Shown in pieces: positions 18,227 to 27,772 of a stretch of DNA of 52,468 bases. A model generated the notes under the pieces. That model saw only the letters and a list, made by a program, of their open reading frames with translations. It did no database searches and had not been told where the DNA came from. The stretch is from positions 1 to 52,468 of the IMG/VR virus record IMGVR_UViG_3300033153_008490; one strand, 5' to 3'. The stretch comes from a virus. Taxonomy: Duplodnaviria; Caudoviricetes. How positions within the stretch are numbered: the stretch's first letter is position 1; each line of letters begins with the position of its first letter. Position numbers and translations under genes: made by a program.

Positions 18227-18258
18227 TAGTAGGGGCGGGGTCAAACTCGCCCCTGCTA
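18227..18258 (+). terminator. Hairpin after the capsid genes
   Basis: TAGTAGGGGCGGG-GTCAAA-CTCGCCCCTGCTA, with no strong U tract. Confidence 0.5.
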
Positions 18259-18274
18259 TATAAAGGTGGTAATC

Positions 18275-18877
18275 GTGGGACCGACCGAAGTCTGTAATCA
18301 AGCGCTAGCTCGCCTCGGTGGTAGGCGGATTAATAGTTTTGATGATTCCAGTGACACTAAAACTGAAGCCGTCTATTGTAGGCTCTTTTACGAGCAGACG
18401 ATTCGCGCATTGCAGAGGTCGCATCTGTGGAGATTCGCCAAAGCTCGTGTCCAACTGTCTCAAGACACGACAGATCCGGAATTCCAGTGGACGTACGCCT
18501 ACCATCTGCCCGCTGACTTCCTCCGTCTTATTGGTGTGTACAGTGGAAGTGATTTGCTGGATGGCCGCACCTATTATAGTTATGAGTTGGAAGGGGTGCG
18601 GCTTATGACAGACGAGAGTACGGTGTATTTGAAGTACATCAAGTGGGTGCCGGAAGTGCCTAGCTGGGATGCGTTGTTTACCGATTTGGCCATTTTAACA
18701 TTGGCGCGAAAGTTGGTCATCCCCCTATCGCAGGATTTGAAATTGAAGCAGGATGTGGATAAGGACTTTGTGCTGCTGGAAAGACGAGTACGGGCAATGG
18801 ATCGCAATGAGATGAGTCATATGGGACGGGAAGATTTAAAAACGTGGCAAGACGCTCGATGGAATGATAAGGCTTAG
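18275..18877 (+). CDS. Tail tubular protein A / adaptor
   Basis: CNQAL.RLG...I.SFDD, H.WRFA..R..L, Y.LPADFLR and LA..L motifs. Confidence 0.85.
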   Translation: MGPTEVCNQALARLGGRRINSFDDSSDTKTEAVYCRLFYEQTIRALQRSHLWRFAKARVQLSQDTTDPEFQWTYAYHLPADFLRLIGVYSGSDLLDGRTYYSYELEGVRLMTDESTVYLKYIKWVPEVPSWDALFTDLAILTLARKLVIPLSQDLKLKQDVDKDFVLLERRVRAMDRNEMSHMGREDLKTWQDARWNDKA

Positions 18878-18897
18878 ACGAATTACAGGAGAGTAAT

Positions 18898-19182
18898 ATG
18901 AGTAAGCAAAAACACATATCCCCTTGGAAGGATAGTCAGGTATCACAGCTAACTAAGTGGCTTCAGTTAATTTACACTGCGGCATCTAATGGGCAGTACG
19001 ATTGTGAAGAGGAACTACAGTTGGAATACTGGCCCGCTGTTTCTAGTACGATTGCTCGGTACATATTGCCCCCAAACAAGGACTACTTGGTTATGTCTAG
19101 GAATGCTGATAATTATGTGACGGTGGAAATGGCAGCTACGCGTCTAAAGTGCAACTGTTTGCCAGAAGAACTTGGTCTTTAG
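18898..19182 (+). CDS. Hypothetical protein
   Basis: 94-aa ORF with AGGAGAG RBS. Confidence 0.5.
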   Translation: MSKQKHISPWKDSQVSQLTKWLQLIYTAASNGQYDCEEELQLEYWPAVSSTIARYILPPNKDYLVMSRNADNYVTVEMAATRLKCNCLPEELGL

Positions 19183-19195
19183 CAGGAGAGTAAAA

Positions 19196-19666
19196 ATGAA
19201 ACAACATGAGAAGTATGGGCTCTGCCTAGACGCCGGCTCCAGCATTGGTACGAAGAGGCCGGCGCCAGGGTTTAGCGCCTATTGTGATGTGATTGTGCCG
19301 AGAGAAGGCGACATCGTACCGGAGAATTATCACACGGCTCCGCTAGAGGATATGAGTTGCTTCAGTGATAAACAATTTGATTGGGTCCGATGTCACCATG
19401 CGATTGAGCATACGTATGATCCAGATAAGGCGTGTCGTGAGTTGATTCGTGTAGGCAAAGCAGGGATTATCTCCTACCCCCCGATGTGGTCGTGTATGTT
19501 GTTTGGGAGGAGGGATCACAATTGGTTCGTGACGGAAGATCATGGAAGACTGGTGTTTATCAAAAAGAGACACGCCAGTTACGGGGTACCGAGGTGTGAA
19601 GTGGGCACCGAGTTGAATCGCAACTTCGAGTGGAAAGACTCGTTCAAATGGCTAGTCGTAGAGTAG
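19196..19666 (+). CDS. Class I SAM-dependent methyltransferase (type 11-like)
   Basis: CLDAGS, FSDKQFDWV.CHHAIEH..DP.KAC.ELIRVGKAG. Confidence 0.8.
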   Translation: MKQHEKYGLCLDAGSSIGTKRPAPGFSAYCDVIVPREGDIVPENYHTAPLEDMSCFSDKQFDWVRCHHAIEHTYDPDKACRELIRVGKAGIISYPPMWSCMLFGRRDHNWFVTEDHGRLVFIKKRHASYGVPRCEVGTELNRNFEWKDSFKWLVVE

Positions 19667-19672
19667 TGGTGA

Positions 19673-20296
19673 ATGGTGATGAGTAATACAAACAAAACAG
19701 GATTGGTATTTGATGTAGGAGCATATCGTGGTGACAAAACAAAGTCCTATCTATTACAAGGACACAATGTAGTCAGCTTCGAGCCAAATCCAGTCTATGC
19801 TGCAAAACTACGTAGCCGTTTTAAGAAAAACGTAACCGTAGTTGAAAAGGCTGTTGGTTCCTTTGGTGGGACTGTAAAGCTGATGATATGCTCCAGAGCA
19901 GCAACAATATCTACTTGTAGTCCATTGTGGAAGACCGGGCGATTTGCTCAATATAAATGGGATAAAGAGATTGATGCTGAGCAAATAACGCTTGATACTG
20001 CAATATCCGAATATGGTAAACCAGACTTTATTAAAATAGATGTAGAGGGGTATGAGTACGAAGTGCTTAAAGGTCTGAGTTCTTACGTTTGTGAGCTGTC
20101 ATTTGAGTTTGCCTGTGAATTTCAATCTGCTATATCAAAATGCGTAGAAAGATTAGTTGAACTTGGATATCGACAGTTTAGTTTCAAAAACGCAAAGCAG
20201 TCTAACCTTTACATCTCATGGGGAAGTTCTTTTGAAGCGATAGATGCACTCGGTAAAATGCCTGTATGCACATGGGGAGATGTTTATGCTAAATGA
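19673..20296 (+). CDS. FkbM-family methyltransferase
   Basis: VFDVGAYRG, SFEPNP, TLD and FIKIDVEGYEYEVLKG. Confidence 0.9.
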   Translation: MVMSNTNKTGLVFDVGAYRGDKTKSYLLQGHNVVSFEPNPVYAAKLRSRFKKNVTVVEKAVGSFGGTVKLMICSRAATISTCSPLWKTGRFAQYKWDKEIDAEQITLDTAISEYGKPDFIKIDVEGYEYEVLKGLSSYVCELSFEFACEFQSAISKCVERLVELGYRQFSFKNAKQSNLYISWGSSFEAIDALGKMPVCTWGDVYAK

Positions 20297-20897
20297 GCCA
20301 GAAATGAAACCCTCTATTGCACATAGACTGACAAACGGTAAGAAAGACAAACTACAACCACGTAGACTCAAACTGAAACCCCTTGATAGGGATGTCGCCA
20401 AAGAGAATTTACTCCTAATGAAAGAAGTTCTGGACCGGCGTAACATCAAATTCTGGCTGCTATATGGAACTCTTCTTGGGGCAGTTCGTGATAAGAACTT
20501 TATTGCAGGAGACAATGATATAGACCTCGGTTTCTATTACAGTGATGCGGAAGAAGTATATAACGCACTATTGAAACTACAAACTCTTGGTTTCAACATA
20601 TTTCGTGTTACCGCAGATAGTACGTTCGTCCAGATTAGCCGAAACGGGGTTTATATTGATATAGTTCTATGGAATCAGGAGCATGAAACTATGTGGAGGT
20701 GTGGTGATTATTACGAACCGCACAACTTCTTTTCCGAATTTATAGAATGGCCGTTCCTCGATACTACATTTCTCATCCCAAAGAAATATGAGGAGTATCT
20801 AAGAGTACACTACTACGGCGAAAATTGGAAAATACCAGATCCTTCGTGCAAACATGCAAAAGTGTGTAAAATCAGCAAGAGGAGTAGGGACGCATGA
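20286..20897 (+). CDS. LicD/fukutin-family phosphotransferase
   Basis: FWLLYGTLLGAVRD..FI..DNDIDLG and IP..YEEYL...YG.NWKIP. Confidence 0.88.
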   Translation: MLNEPEMKPSIAHRLTNGKKDKLQPRRLKLKPLDRDVAKENLLLMKEVLDRRNIKFWLLYGTLLGAVRDKNFIAGDNDIDLGFYYSDAEEVYNALLKLQTLGFNIFRVTADSTFVQISRNGVYIDIVLWNQEHETMWRCGDYYEPHNFFSEFIEWPFLDTTFLIPKKYEEYLRVHYYGENWKIPDPSCKHAKVCKISKRSRDA

Positions 20898-21295
20898 TTA
20901 TCGTATATTCATCTTACGTGCTTGACATAGTTCATAAAGGACATCTTGAAATGCTACGAAACGCTAAAGCTGTAGCTGGCAGAGATGGCAGACTCATAGT
21001 AGGAATACTTACCGAGGCGGCTTGCTGCGAAAAGAAGCCCGCGCCCATAATGCCATTCGAGGAGCGAGTAGAGCTTGCTCGCAGTATAGAGTGTGTAGAT
21101 TTGGTAGTAGCACAATCAACCTATTCTACACTATCGAACATACAATCCATTAAACCTGATATACTAATGGAATCCTCATCACACGAACCAGATCCAGATG
21201 TCATATCCGCTATGAATAGGTTAGGTGGAAGAATCATCTGCATACCCTACTTTCCAGACCACTCTTCGACTAAAATTAAGGAACAGATTAGATGA
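20894..21295 (+). CDS. HxGH-type cytidylyltransferase (TagD-like)
   Basis: DIVHKGHL..L..AK, LIVGILT, K..PIMPFEER and SSTKIK. Confidence 0.88.
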   Translation: MIIVYSSYVLDIVHKGHLEMLRNAKAVAGRDGRLIVGILTEAACCEKKPAPIMPFEERVELARSIECVDLVVAQSTYSTLSNIQSIKPDILMESSSHEPDPDVISAMNRLGGRIICIPYFPDHSSTKIKEQIR

Positions 21296-21672
21296 TAGAT
21301 ACTCATCGCAAATCAATGCTCAAAAGTATAGTCTGGAGAGTGATAGGTGTATTCTGGCTTGCCGGTATAACATACGCTGTCACTCGTAGTTGGATACAAA
21401 TGTCTATAACTACACTCATTCACCATGCTGTTTTTCTCGTAGTATTCTATCTCCATGAGCGTGCGTGGGTTAGGTCGAGGATGAGGCCAAAAGTTAAGTA
21501 TGCTGTAAAAGCATTAACATACGAGGTTGTACTTGGAAACCTGATTCTCGGGCTGATAACCTATGCAGTGATACGCAATCCATATCATATGACGCTCGTG
21601 ACTGGTGTTTATATACAGTCCAAACTTGTTCTATACTTCTTTTACGATTGGCTGTGGTCGCGGAAAAGCTGA
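21292..21672 (+). CDS. DUF2061-like membrane protein (tandem domain)
   Basis: KS.LKSI.WRVIG...FYLHERAW, repeated as KALTYE...YFFYDWLW. Confidence 0.7.
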   Translation: MIDTHRKSMLKSIVWRVIGVFWLAGITYAVTRSWIQMSITTLIHHAVFLVVFYLHERAWVRSRMRPKVKYAVKALTYEVVLGNLILGLITYAVIRNPYHMTLVTGVYIQSKLVLYFFYDWLWSRKS

Positions 21673-21708
21673 GCATGCGAAGGATACATCCACAAATGGA
21701 GAGAAGAA

Positions 21709-23412
21709 ATGGATAGAATAGAGTGGGACAAGCACTGGATTGATAGTGTTGATATATATCTTAGAAATAAAGACCTGGCAAGGCTTCGCCCTGTATTAAG
21801 GACATATCTTCACGGAAAGATAGCAGACATAGGATGTGGAGTTAATACAATATACAGTCCTGAAAATGATATAACAGGTGTGGATATAAGCCCAGAATGT
21901 GTCCGAATAATGTCTGAGAGGTATCCGTTTGGGAACTGGGTTGTCGGCGATGTAAGAAATACAGGATTACCAGAAGCTGCTTACGATACGGTGGTCTGCA
22001 GCCACGTACTCGAACACTTCTACGACCAGACACCTATTGTAGAAGAAATGAAACGCATCTGCAAGCCGAATGGAAATATTGTCATAGTTGTGCCAAGAAG
22101 TTCTAAAGGTCCAGATCATGTCCATCCCAAGTGGGGTCCTGCCAGAATAGAAGATAGAATAGCCTGCCATCTCAAAGATGCAGAGTATGTACACCGTGCC
22201 AGAGCACACTGGATAATTACAGGAAAGAGAACATCTACAGTATCTGTAGTTACTATAGCGTGGTCGCCTAACGCTGCCAGGATGAAGGTTATGAAAGAGA
22301 GTGTGCAAAGCTTACACTCAGCAACAAAGTACCCTTATACATGGGTAGTAGTGGATAATGGTTTTGAACAGCAGACCACATTCATAAACTCACTATCTCC
22401 TGATGTTCACATAATAAATAAGAAGTTGCACAATCCGTCACAGTCACGAAACATGGGCGCTTTCGCCACATCAAGCGACTATATAGCATTCGTTGATAAT
22501 GATGTGTTGTTCTACGAAGGGTGGCTCGAAGAAAGCATAGCTATACTTGAACGGTATCCTGATAGGAAGTTTATCGTATCGTTGACAGGTTGTCCTGTTA
22601 TGAGGAGACCTAAACACCAGGCGGGAGAGATTGACGAATATAAGTTATCTAGGTTTTCAGGAAGTCTGTGTTGGGTAATGAAAAGACGCTCATTTTTAGA
22701 AATAGGAAGATGGAATGAGACTGACACTAGCGAGGATGTGGACTACTCAAACAGAGCAAGAGAAGCTGGATACCTGTTTGTGTATCGTGATGGACCTCCA
22801 TATGTAAAGCATCTTGGGCGTCGCAGGACACGCGAAACTGCTGATAGATTTGTAGACGGTGTGTGGAAAAAGCCTAGAGCTTCTTCAAAGTCTGTGGAAG
22901 GGAAGAAGCGGGCAATGCTTGTGCAATATAGCAATAAGTTCAATCTGCGGGTATTCGTGGAAACAGGAACATACAAAGGTGATACCGTAAAGGCTATGCT
23001 TTTGAGTAACCTGTTTACCGGCATATATAGTGTGGATAATGATGTTGTTCGCGCATCTAAGGCTAATCGTAGGTTCAGGTCATTTCCACATATACACTGT
23101 GCACATGGTGACAGTTCCGTATGGATGCCTGAAATACTCAAACAAATTAGCGAACCCACTCTGTTCTGGCTGGATGCCCACGCATCATATGAGCAGGTGC
23201 AAAAGTTGGGCGTTAAGACGCCGCTGCTGGATGAGATAAAAGCAATAGTATCACATAGGACAGATCATGTTATCATTATAGATGATGCTAGATATTACGA
23301 TGGCAGTCTTAAAGACTATCCTGATATCAAACAGATAAAAGAGTTGTTACCGTCAAACTGGCAATGCGAAGTGGATAACGATATTATTAGGTGTCACCAT
23401 GTTCTCAGTTAG
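21709..23412 (+). CDS. Tri-domain methyltransferase / GT2 glycosyltransferase / methyltransferase-like protein
   Basis: IADIGCG...SHVLEH, then VVDNG...RNMGA...IAFVDND, then VFVETGTYKG...GDS...FWLDAH...IIIDD. Confidence 0.85.
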   Translation: MDRIEWDKHWIDSVDIYLRNKDLARLRPVLRTYLHGKIADIGCGVNTIYSPENDITGVDISPECVRIMSERYPFGNWVVGDVRNTGLPEAAYDTVVCSHVLEHFYDQTPIVEEMKRICKPNGNIVIVVPRSSKGPDHVHPKWGPARIEDRIACHLKDAEYVHRARAHWIITGKRTSTVSVVTIAWSPNAARMKVMKESVQSLHSATKYPYTWVVVDNGFEQQTTFINSLSPDVHIINKKLHNPSQSRNMGAFATSSDYIAFVDNDVLFYEGWLEESIAILERYPDRKFIVSLTGCPVMRRPKHQAGEIDEYKLSRFSGSLCWVMKRRSFLEIGRWNETDTSEDVDYSNRAREAGYLFVYRDGPPYVKHLGRRRTRETADRFVDGVWKKPRASSKSVEGKKRAMLVQYSNKFNLRVFVETGTYKGDTVKAMLLSNLFTGIYSVDNDVVRASKANRRFRSFPHIHCAHGDSSVWMPEILKQISEPTLFWLDAHASYEQVQKLGVKTPLLDEIKAIVSHRTDHVIIIDDARYYDGSLKDYPDIKQIKELLPSNWQCEVDNDIIRCHHVLS

Positions 23413-24113
23413 GAAGTTTAACGGGAGGTTTGCAAATAAAGTGTTGCTGTATGCGACGCTTAGAGAGCGGGCACACTTCCCCGATAACTATCAATGCGTA
23501 TCATGGGTTGGGCAACAGTTGTTTGGCTTAGACGATCCGCCAAGAGAGGGGGCGTCAGATCAAATAGTGCACTACCCACTCCACAGCGATGGGTATAGCA
23601 AGCAAAAGATGCAGAGACTATTTCAGCCGACCGATAAGGTGAGGCAGTTGGTCTCACCCACGATTGACAATCTGCGCGAGGCAGGGCATACGCTTATTGG
23701 TGTACATCTACGGCGGGGTGACTATGGTACATTTAGGCGGTACAGTGCTCGGTGGTGTTTTATCGCGCCGTGCATTTGGTATGTGGAGTGGCTCAGAGCG
23801 AATCTGCGTCGCTTTCATAAGCCGATTATCATATTGACGAGTGATGAGATTGAGAAGGTGGAGCCTGAGTTTCAAGAGTTTGATATTTGTGACGATGAGG
23901 GGGGCACCTAAGTATGCGCCATACTATGCAGACTATTACGCGCTAACCCAGTGTGATGTTATGCTGATATCGAATAGTACGTTCAGCTTTACCGCATCCA
24001 TGATAAACAAACGAGCGAAGGAGTTCCATCGCCCACGATTAGGTGTACAAAAGTTAATCCCGTACAACCCTTGGGACGCACCGATTGTGTTGAAAGATGA
24101 GCGATACCCATGA
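23399..24113 (+). pseudogene. GT11 / alpha-1,2-fucosyltransferase-like gene split by a frameshift
   Basis: The N-part (23399-23911) has GRFAN and GVHLRRGDY. The C-part in the +1 frame (to 24113) has D...LTQCD...ISNSTFSFTAS. The frames join at the G6 run 23899-23904. Confidence 0.75.
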
Positions 24114-24775
24114 GTGATACGAGTGTAGTACTAATCTCTTGGTCGCCTAACGAATATAGGCGTAAGCTATTACAGCAGTCGTTGGCCTCGATACGCGAGC
24201 ACACTTACATGGATCACACGCTCATCGTCATCGACAATGGGCCGATAGAGCAACGTGAGATTATCAAGGATGCGGAGCCTGATATCCACATTATCAATGA
24301 TATTAATAAAGGGGTTGGTGTCAGTCGTAATCAAGGGGCGCGGTTGACCAAGAGTGAGTTCATTGCGTTTGTTGATAGTGATATTGGATACTTCCCTGAT
24401 TGGCTCGCTAAATGCGTAGACGTGTTGGAAAAGTATCCGGACAGGAAATTGATTGCCAGTGCGGTAAAGAACAAGCCTATGCGATTGCCAAAATATGATA
24501 GGGGTCCGCTAGGTGAGTATCATCTATATGGTCGTTGTGCAGGTATGGCAATGGTAATGCGGAGAAGTGCTTATAATGAGATCGGGCACTTCCACGAATT
24601 GAAGACCAATGTGGGACATCAATTTTGTGCAGCAGCCAAGCGATGTGGGTATATGTTCGTACATCACCCCGAGTGGGCAGGTCGTCATTTAGGCAGGAAG
24701 TCGGCGTATCATTATAAGAAACAACAGTTCTTACCGGAAACCGGTGAGTGGGTTAGTAGAAATAGATTAGCATAA
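24110..24775 (+). CDS. GT2-family glycosyltransferase
   Basis: IVIDNG, NKGVGVSRNQGA and IAFVDSD. Paralog of the GT domain of 21709..23412. Confidence 0.88.
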   Translation: MSDTSVVLISWSPNEYRRKLLQQSLASIREHTYMDHTLIVIDNGPIEQREIIKDAEPDIHIINDINKGVGVSRNQGARLTKSEFIAFVDSDIGYFPDWLAKCVDVLEKYPDRKLIASAVKNKPMRLPKYDRGPLGEYHLYGRCAGMAMVMRRSAYNEIGHFHELKTNVGHQFCAAAKRCGYMFVHHPEWAGRHLGRKSAYHYKKQQFLPETGEWVSRNRLA

Positions 24776-24789
24776 CAGGAGAGCAACCA

Positions 24790-25887
24790 ATGACACAAGA
24801 GAAATGGGCACCAGCCACGATTCCCGACTGGGACGGAAAGACCGAAGTTTCAGTAGTCATTCCGTTTTGTAATGAAGGACCCAACGTCGTCTTTACGATT
24901 CAGTCGATTATCGAAGAGTTGACCGGGTTTTGCAAATTTGAAATTCTAGCGATTGATAACCAATCGGATTGGTATATTGATTGCTCGGTCAAGAATGAGC
25001 ATATGCCGTTGATGGATGGCAAGGAACGTAAGTATCCCATTCGGTCACGTGCTTTCTTTGAAGGGCCACCCAACTCAAAGCGTGCCGGTAGTACGATCAG
25101 TACTATGTTCTTCCGTAAAGGTGTGGTTAAGTATCTCAAGTACGACCAGAAGCAAGGCCACTGGAATGCGAAGAATCATGGAATCGCCAACAGTCGGGGT
25201 AAGTATCTCTTCTTTGTGGACGCCCATTGCATTATGGCGAGAGACTCGCTGCGACATATGGTAGAGTTCCTGCGCCACCCGCCGGAGAAGAAGATTGGCG
25301 GTGTCCACGCGTACATCAACTATATGCTGGATTCGCGGTCACTAGAGTACCGCCCACAGAAGGACAAGTTTTTTGGCTACCAATTCTGCACCCACCAACA
25401 GGAAGAGTATTACGAAGGGGGGAAACGGAAATTGCGCTTCCCCACGAAAGCGTATAAGGTCTGTGTTATGAGTACATGTGGCATGATGTGTCCGAGGACG
25501 GTGGTACAGGAGTTGGGCGGTTGGCACCCTGAGTTCGGTATCTACTGCGGTGGTGAAGGGTATATGAACTTTAAGCAAAGCGTTTGTGGCTATCATCACT
25601 GGATCGAGCCAAAAGCCGTTTGCTGGCATTGGGCGGAAAAGCGGGGCTATATCTGGAACCATCGTGATTACGTGCGGAATGAGCAGATTGCAGCTTTCGT
25701 CTGTGGTGGGGAACGAGCGTTGCAGTTTTGCGTAAAGGGTCGCGGGGGTAATCAAGGGTTGATTGATCTGGCTGACGACGTGCGCGAAAAGTGTACCCCG
25801 GAACGAGAGTTTATAGCGGAGAGACAATTGGAAGACCTAGAGTCCTACTTTGACCGCTGGGTTGCAACCCCTGGAGTATGGAAATGA
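24790..25887 (+). CDS. GT-A glycosyltransferase resembling polypeptide GalNAc-transferases
   Basis: SVVIPFCNE, EILAIDN.SD, G....KN.GI..SRG.YLFFVDAHC, LGGW...FGIYCGGE...NFK...CG.....P.A.C.H. Confidence 0.8.
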   Translation: MTQEKWAPATIPDWDGKTEVSVVIPFCNEGPNVVFTIQSIIEELTGFCKFEILAIDNQSDWYIDCSVKNEHMPLMDGKERKYPIRSRAFFEGPPNSKRAGSTISTMFFRKGVVKYLKYDQKQGHWNAKNHGIANSRGKYLFFVDAHCIMARDSLRHMVEFLRHPPEKKIGGVHAYINYMLDSRSLEYRPQKDKFFGYQFCTHQQEEYYEGGKRKLRFPTKAYKVCVMSTCGMMCPRTVVQELGGWHPEFGIYCGGEGYMNFKQSVCGYHHWIEPKAVCWHWAEKRGYIWNHRDYVRNEQIAAFVCGGERALQFCVKGRGGNQGLIDLADDVREKCTPEREFIAERQLEDLESYFDRWVATPGVWK

Positions 25888-26072
25888 TTATCACCTCCAT
25901 AGACAACGAGTCCACTGTAACGGGGAGTAGTGAGTACGGTGGGGAGGCTGTGCTCAACGTCAAGGAGGCGGCTAACACAGCCCTATTGCAGGAGATATTA
26001 CACTCGCTTAACAAAATTGAATATCATCTGTCGCTGATGACGGATGCAGATTTGGAAAAAGGAGCCCTATAA
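25878..26072 (+). CDS. Small hypothetical protein
   Basis: LLQEIL..L.KIEYHLS.MTD, overlapping neighbours. Confidence 0.55.
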   Translation: MEMIITSIDNESTVTGSSEYGGEAVLNVKEAANTALLQEILHSLNKIEYHLSLMTDADLEKGAL

Positions 26073-26626
26073 TGCCTACTATCAATGATGCCAATGGACA
26101 ACCGGCGACCATAAGCAGTGAAGGTCGTTTAGCAATCGACGGGGTGGCCCAATCTCCCGCCCTGCACAACAATGCTCGTCATGGTGACACGTTCTCCATC
26201 CTGGTAGACGTGACGACGGCCTCAACTGACGATGATTTCTTCTACCTGCTCAATAACGAGGACGAAGATATTATCATCTACCGCATTGAAGGGTGGTGTG
26301 ATGATGCGAGTCAAGAGATTAAGATTCTGCTCGGTGCATCAGATGCGGGTACGGCAGCAGGCGATACGCTAACGCCAGTGGCTATGAACGCAGGGAGTGG
26401 GGTAGTGCCGGATATCACCTGTACGCAGGACGCAACGGATCTGGCGATTACGGGTGGTAGTGCAATATCGCTATTGAAGTTCAACGCAGTGGCACTACAG
26501 CCGGGCATGTGGAACTACTCAGAAGGCATTGTGTTGCCTAAGAACAAACGGCTTCACATGGAAGCGGCGTTGGCCGGGCTTATCAACCTGAATATCTACT
26601 TCTACTTCGATCATACGACTGAATGA
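26072..26626 (+). CDS. Putative virion structural protein
   Basis: Acidic, beta-rich, G/T/A-rich 184 aa in the structural operon. Confidence 0.6.
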   Translation: MPTINDANGQPATISSEGRLAIDGVAQSPALHNNARHGDTFSILVDVTTASTDDDFFYLLNNEDEDIIIYRIEGWCDDASQEIKILLGASDAGTAAGDTLTPVAMNAGSGVVPDITCTQDATDLAITGGSAISLLKFNAVALQPGMWNYSEGIVLPKNKRLHMEAALAGLINLNIYFYFDHTTE

Positions 26627-26643
26627 CAGCTTGAGGCCCTACA

Positions 26644-27741
26644 ATGATTAAACATATGATCGCTGGTCCTAGTGGACTACCCACCGCTGTGGTGGATGGT
26701 GTTGAGCCTAACTCACTCGTCGTGGCGACGCGCCCGCTGAAAGAGTTTAACAGCACGACCATCTTTTTCACTAATGAAACGCATGGTGCGGCCTTAAACG
26801 TAGATGCGACAGCCGGCGGTAACGCGGACGAAATCCACGATGGGACGGATAATCCCTATTGGACAGGTTCGACGATTAGCGGAACATGGACGTTTGATGA
26901 CGCGACGTATAATCATACGGGGGGCGGCGCAAAATCAGTAGACGCAAGTGCAACAACCGGTGGCGATGAAGCGTTGTTTACGCGGGGCGTACCCATGGAC
27001 ATCAGCGGCTACGTCTCTCTATCCGGGTGGATCTACATTACCAAATGGGGCGCTACGGGTACGAAGCATGTGGAAGTGCGCGCTAGACTCGCCGGTGTCA
27101 ATGTGGGCACGGCAGTTAACATTGATGATTATGTGGATACGGGAACGCTGGGCGCGTGGTTGAAGTTTGTCATTCCGAAGGGAGCTTTAGGACTGGGCAC
27201 ACAAACCATTGACGAGTTGGTCGTCCACACGGTTAATGCGGGGGGCGTATCGCCTGACTACTATCTGGATGACCTACAATGGGAAGAGACAGGATCGCCT
27301 TTAATTTATTATGTTAGGCCAGCCCACGACACGTTGTTGTATGTTACTAAGATGAATATCTTCTACGCCGATGCGTATACGGGGATTATCACTGTAGCGG
27401 GGGCGACAGAGAACGCTACCATGCCGAGCATTCCGTATGACGGGTTTCTCAATGTTAGTGCGCTCAGCGCCGGTGTTGTCTACCAGAGACATGCTGGGAG
27501 TAAGGTGCTTGTTAGCTTTCCCATTAAACAGCAAGGTGATCTAATGTCTTTCAACGGTGCGGCGATGACGGGATATGGCTCGGATGGGGTCAACTCTTGG
27601 GTCTCTACGATGGTGGCCTATGATACGCCTATTATTTTGAGGCCAGAGAATGATGACTATATGTCGTTAACCTTGTCTGATGATCTGTCCGGCCTGCTTG
27701 ATCTGAAAGTCAGCATTGGCGGCTATGTGGAGCAAAGGTAA
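26644..27741 (+). CDS. Putative virion protein with carbohydrate-binding-like beta-sandwich
   Basis: HTGGGAKSVDAS...LSGWIYI...W.KF.IP...YYLDDLQW resembles a CBM/galactose-binding fold. Confidence 0.6.
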   Translation: MIKHMIAGPSGLPTAVVDGVEPNSLVVATRPLKEFNSTTIFFTNETHGAALNVDATAGGNADEIHDGTDNPYWTGSTISGTWTFDDATYNHTGGGAKSVDASATTGGDEALFTRGVPMDISGYVSLSGWIYITKWGATGTKHVEVRARLAGVNVGTAVNIDDYVDTGTLGAWLKFVIPKGALGLGTQTIDELVVHTVNAGGVSPDYYLDDLQWEETGSPLIYYVRPAHDTLLYVTKMNIFYADAYTGIITVAGATENATMPSIPYDGFLNVSALSAGVVYQRHAGSKVLVSFPIKQQGDLMSFNGAAMTGYGSDGVNSWVSTMVAYDTPIILRPENDDYMSLTLSDDLSGLLDLKVSIGGYVEQR

Positions 27742-27772
27742 ATAACAGTTAGCAATAATAGGAGTTTAGATT

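Noticed and set aside
19196-25887. DNA hypermodification cluster
   Set aside because: No base hydroxymethylase, thymidylate synthase homolog or DNA methylase motifs. The location among virion genes and the LicD/FkbM/GT11 content fit surface glycans better, though this is not formally excluded.
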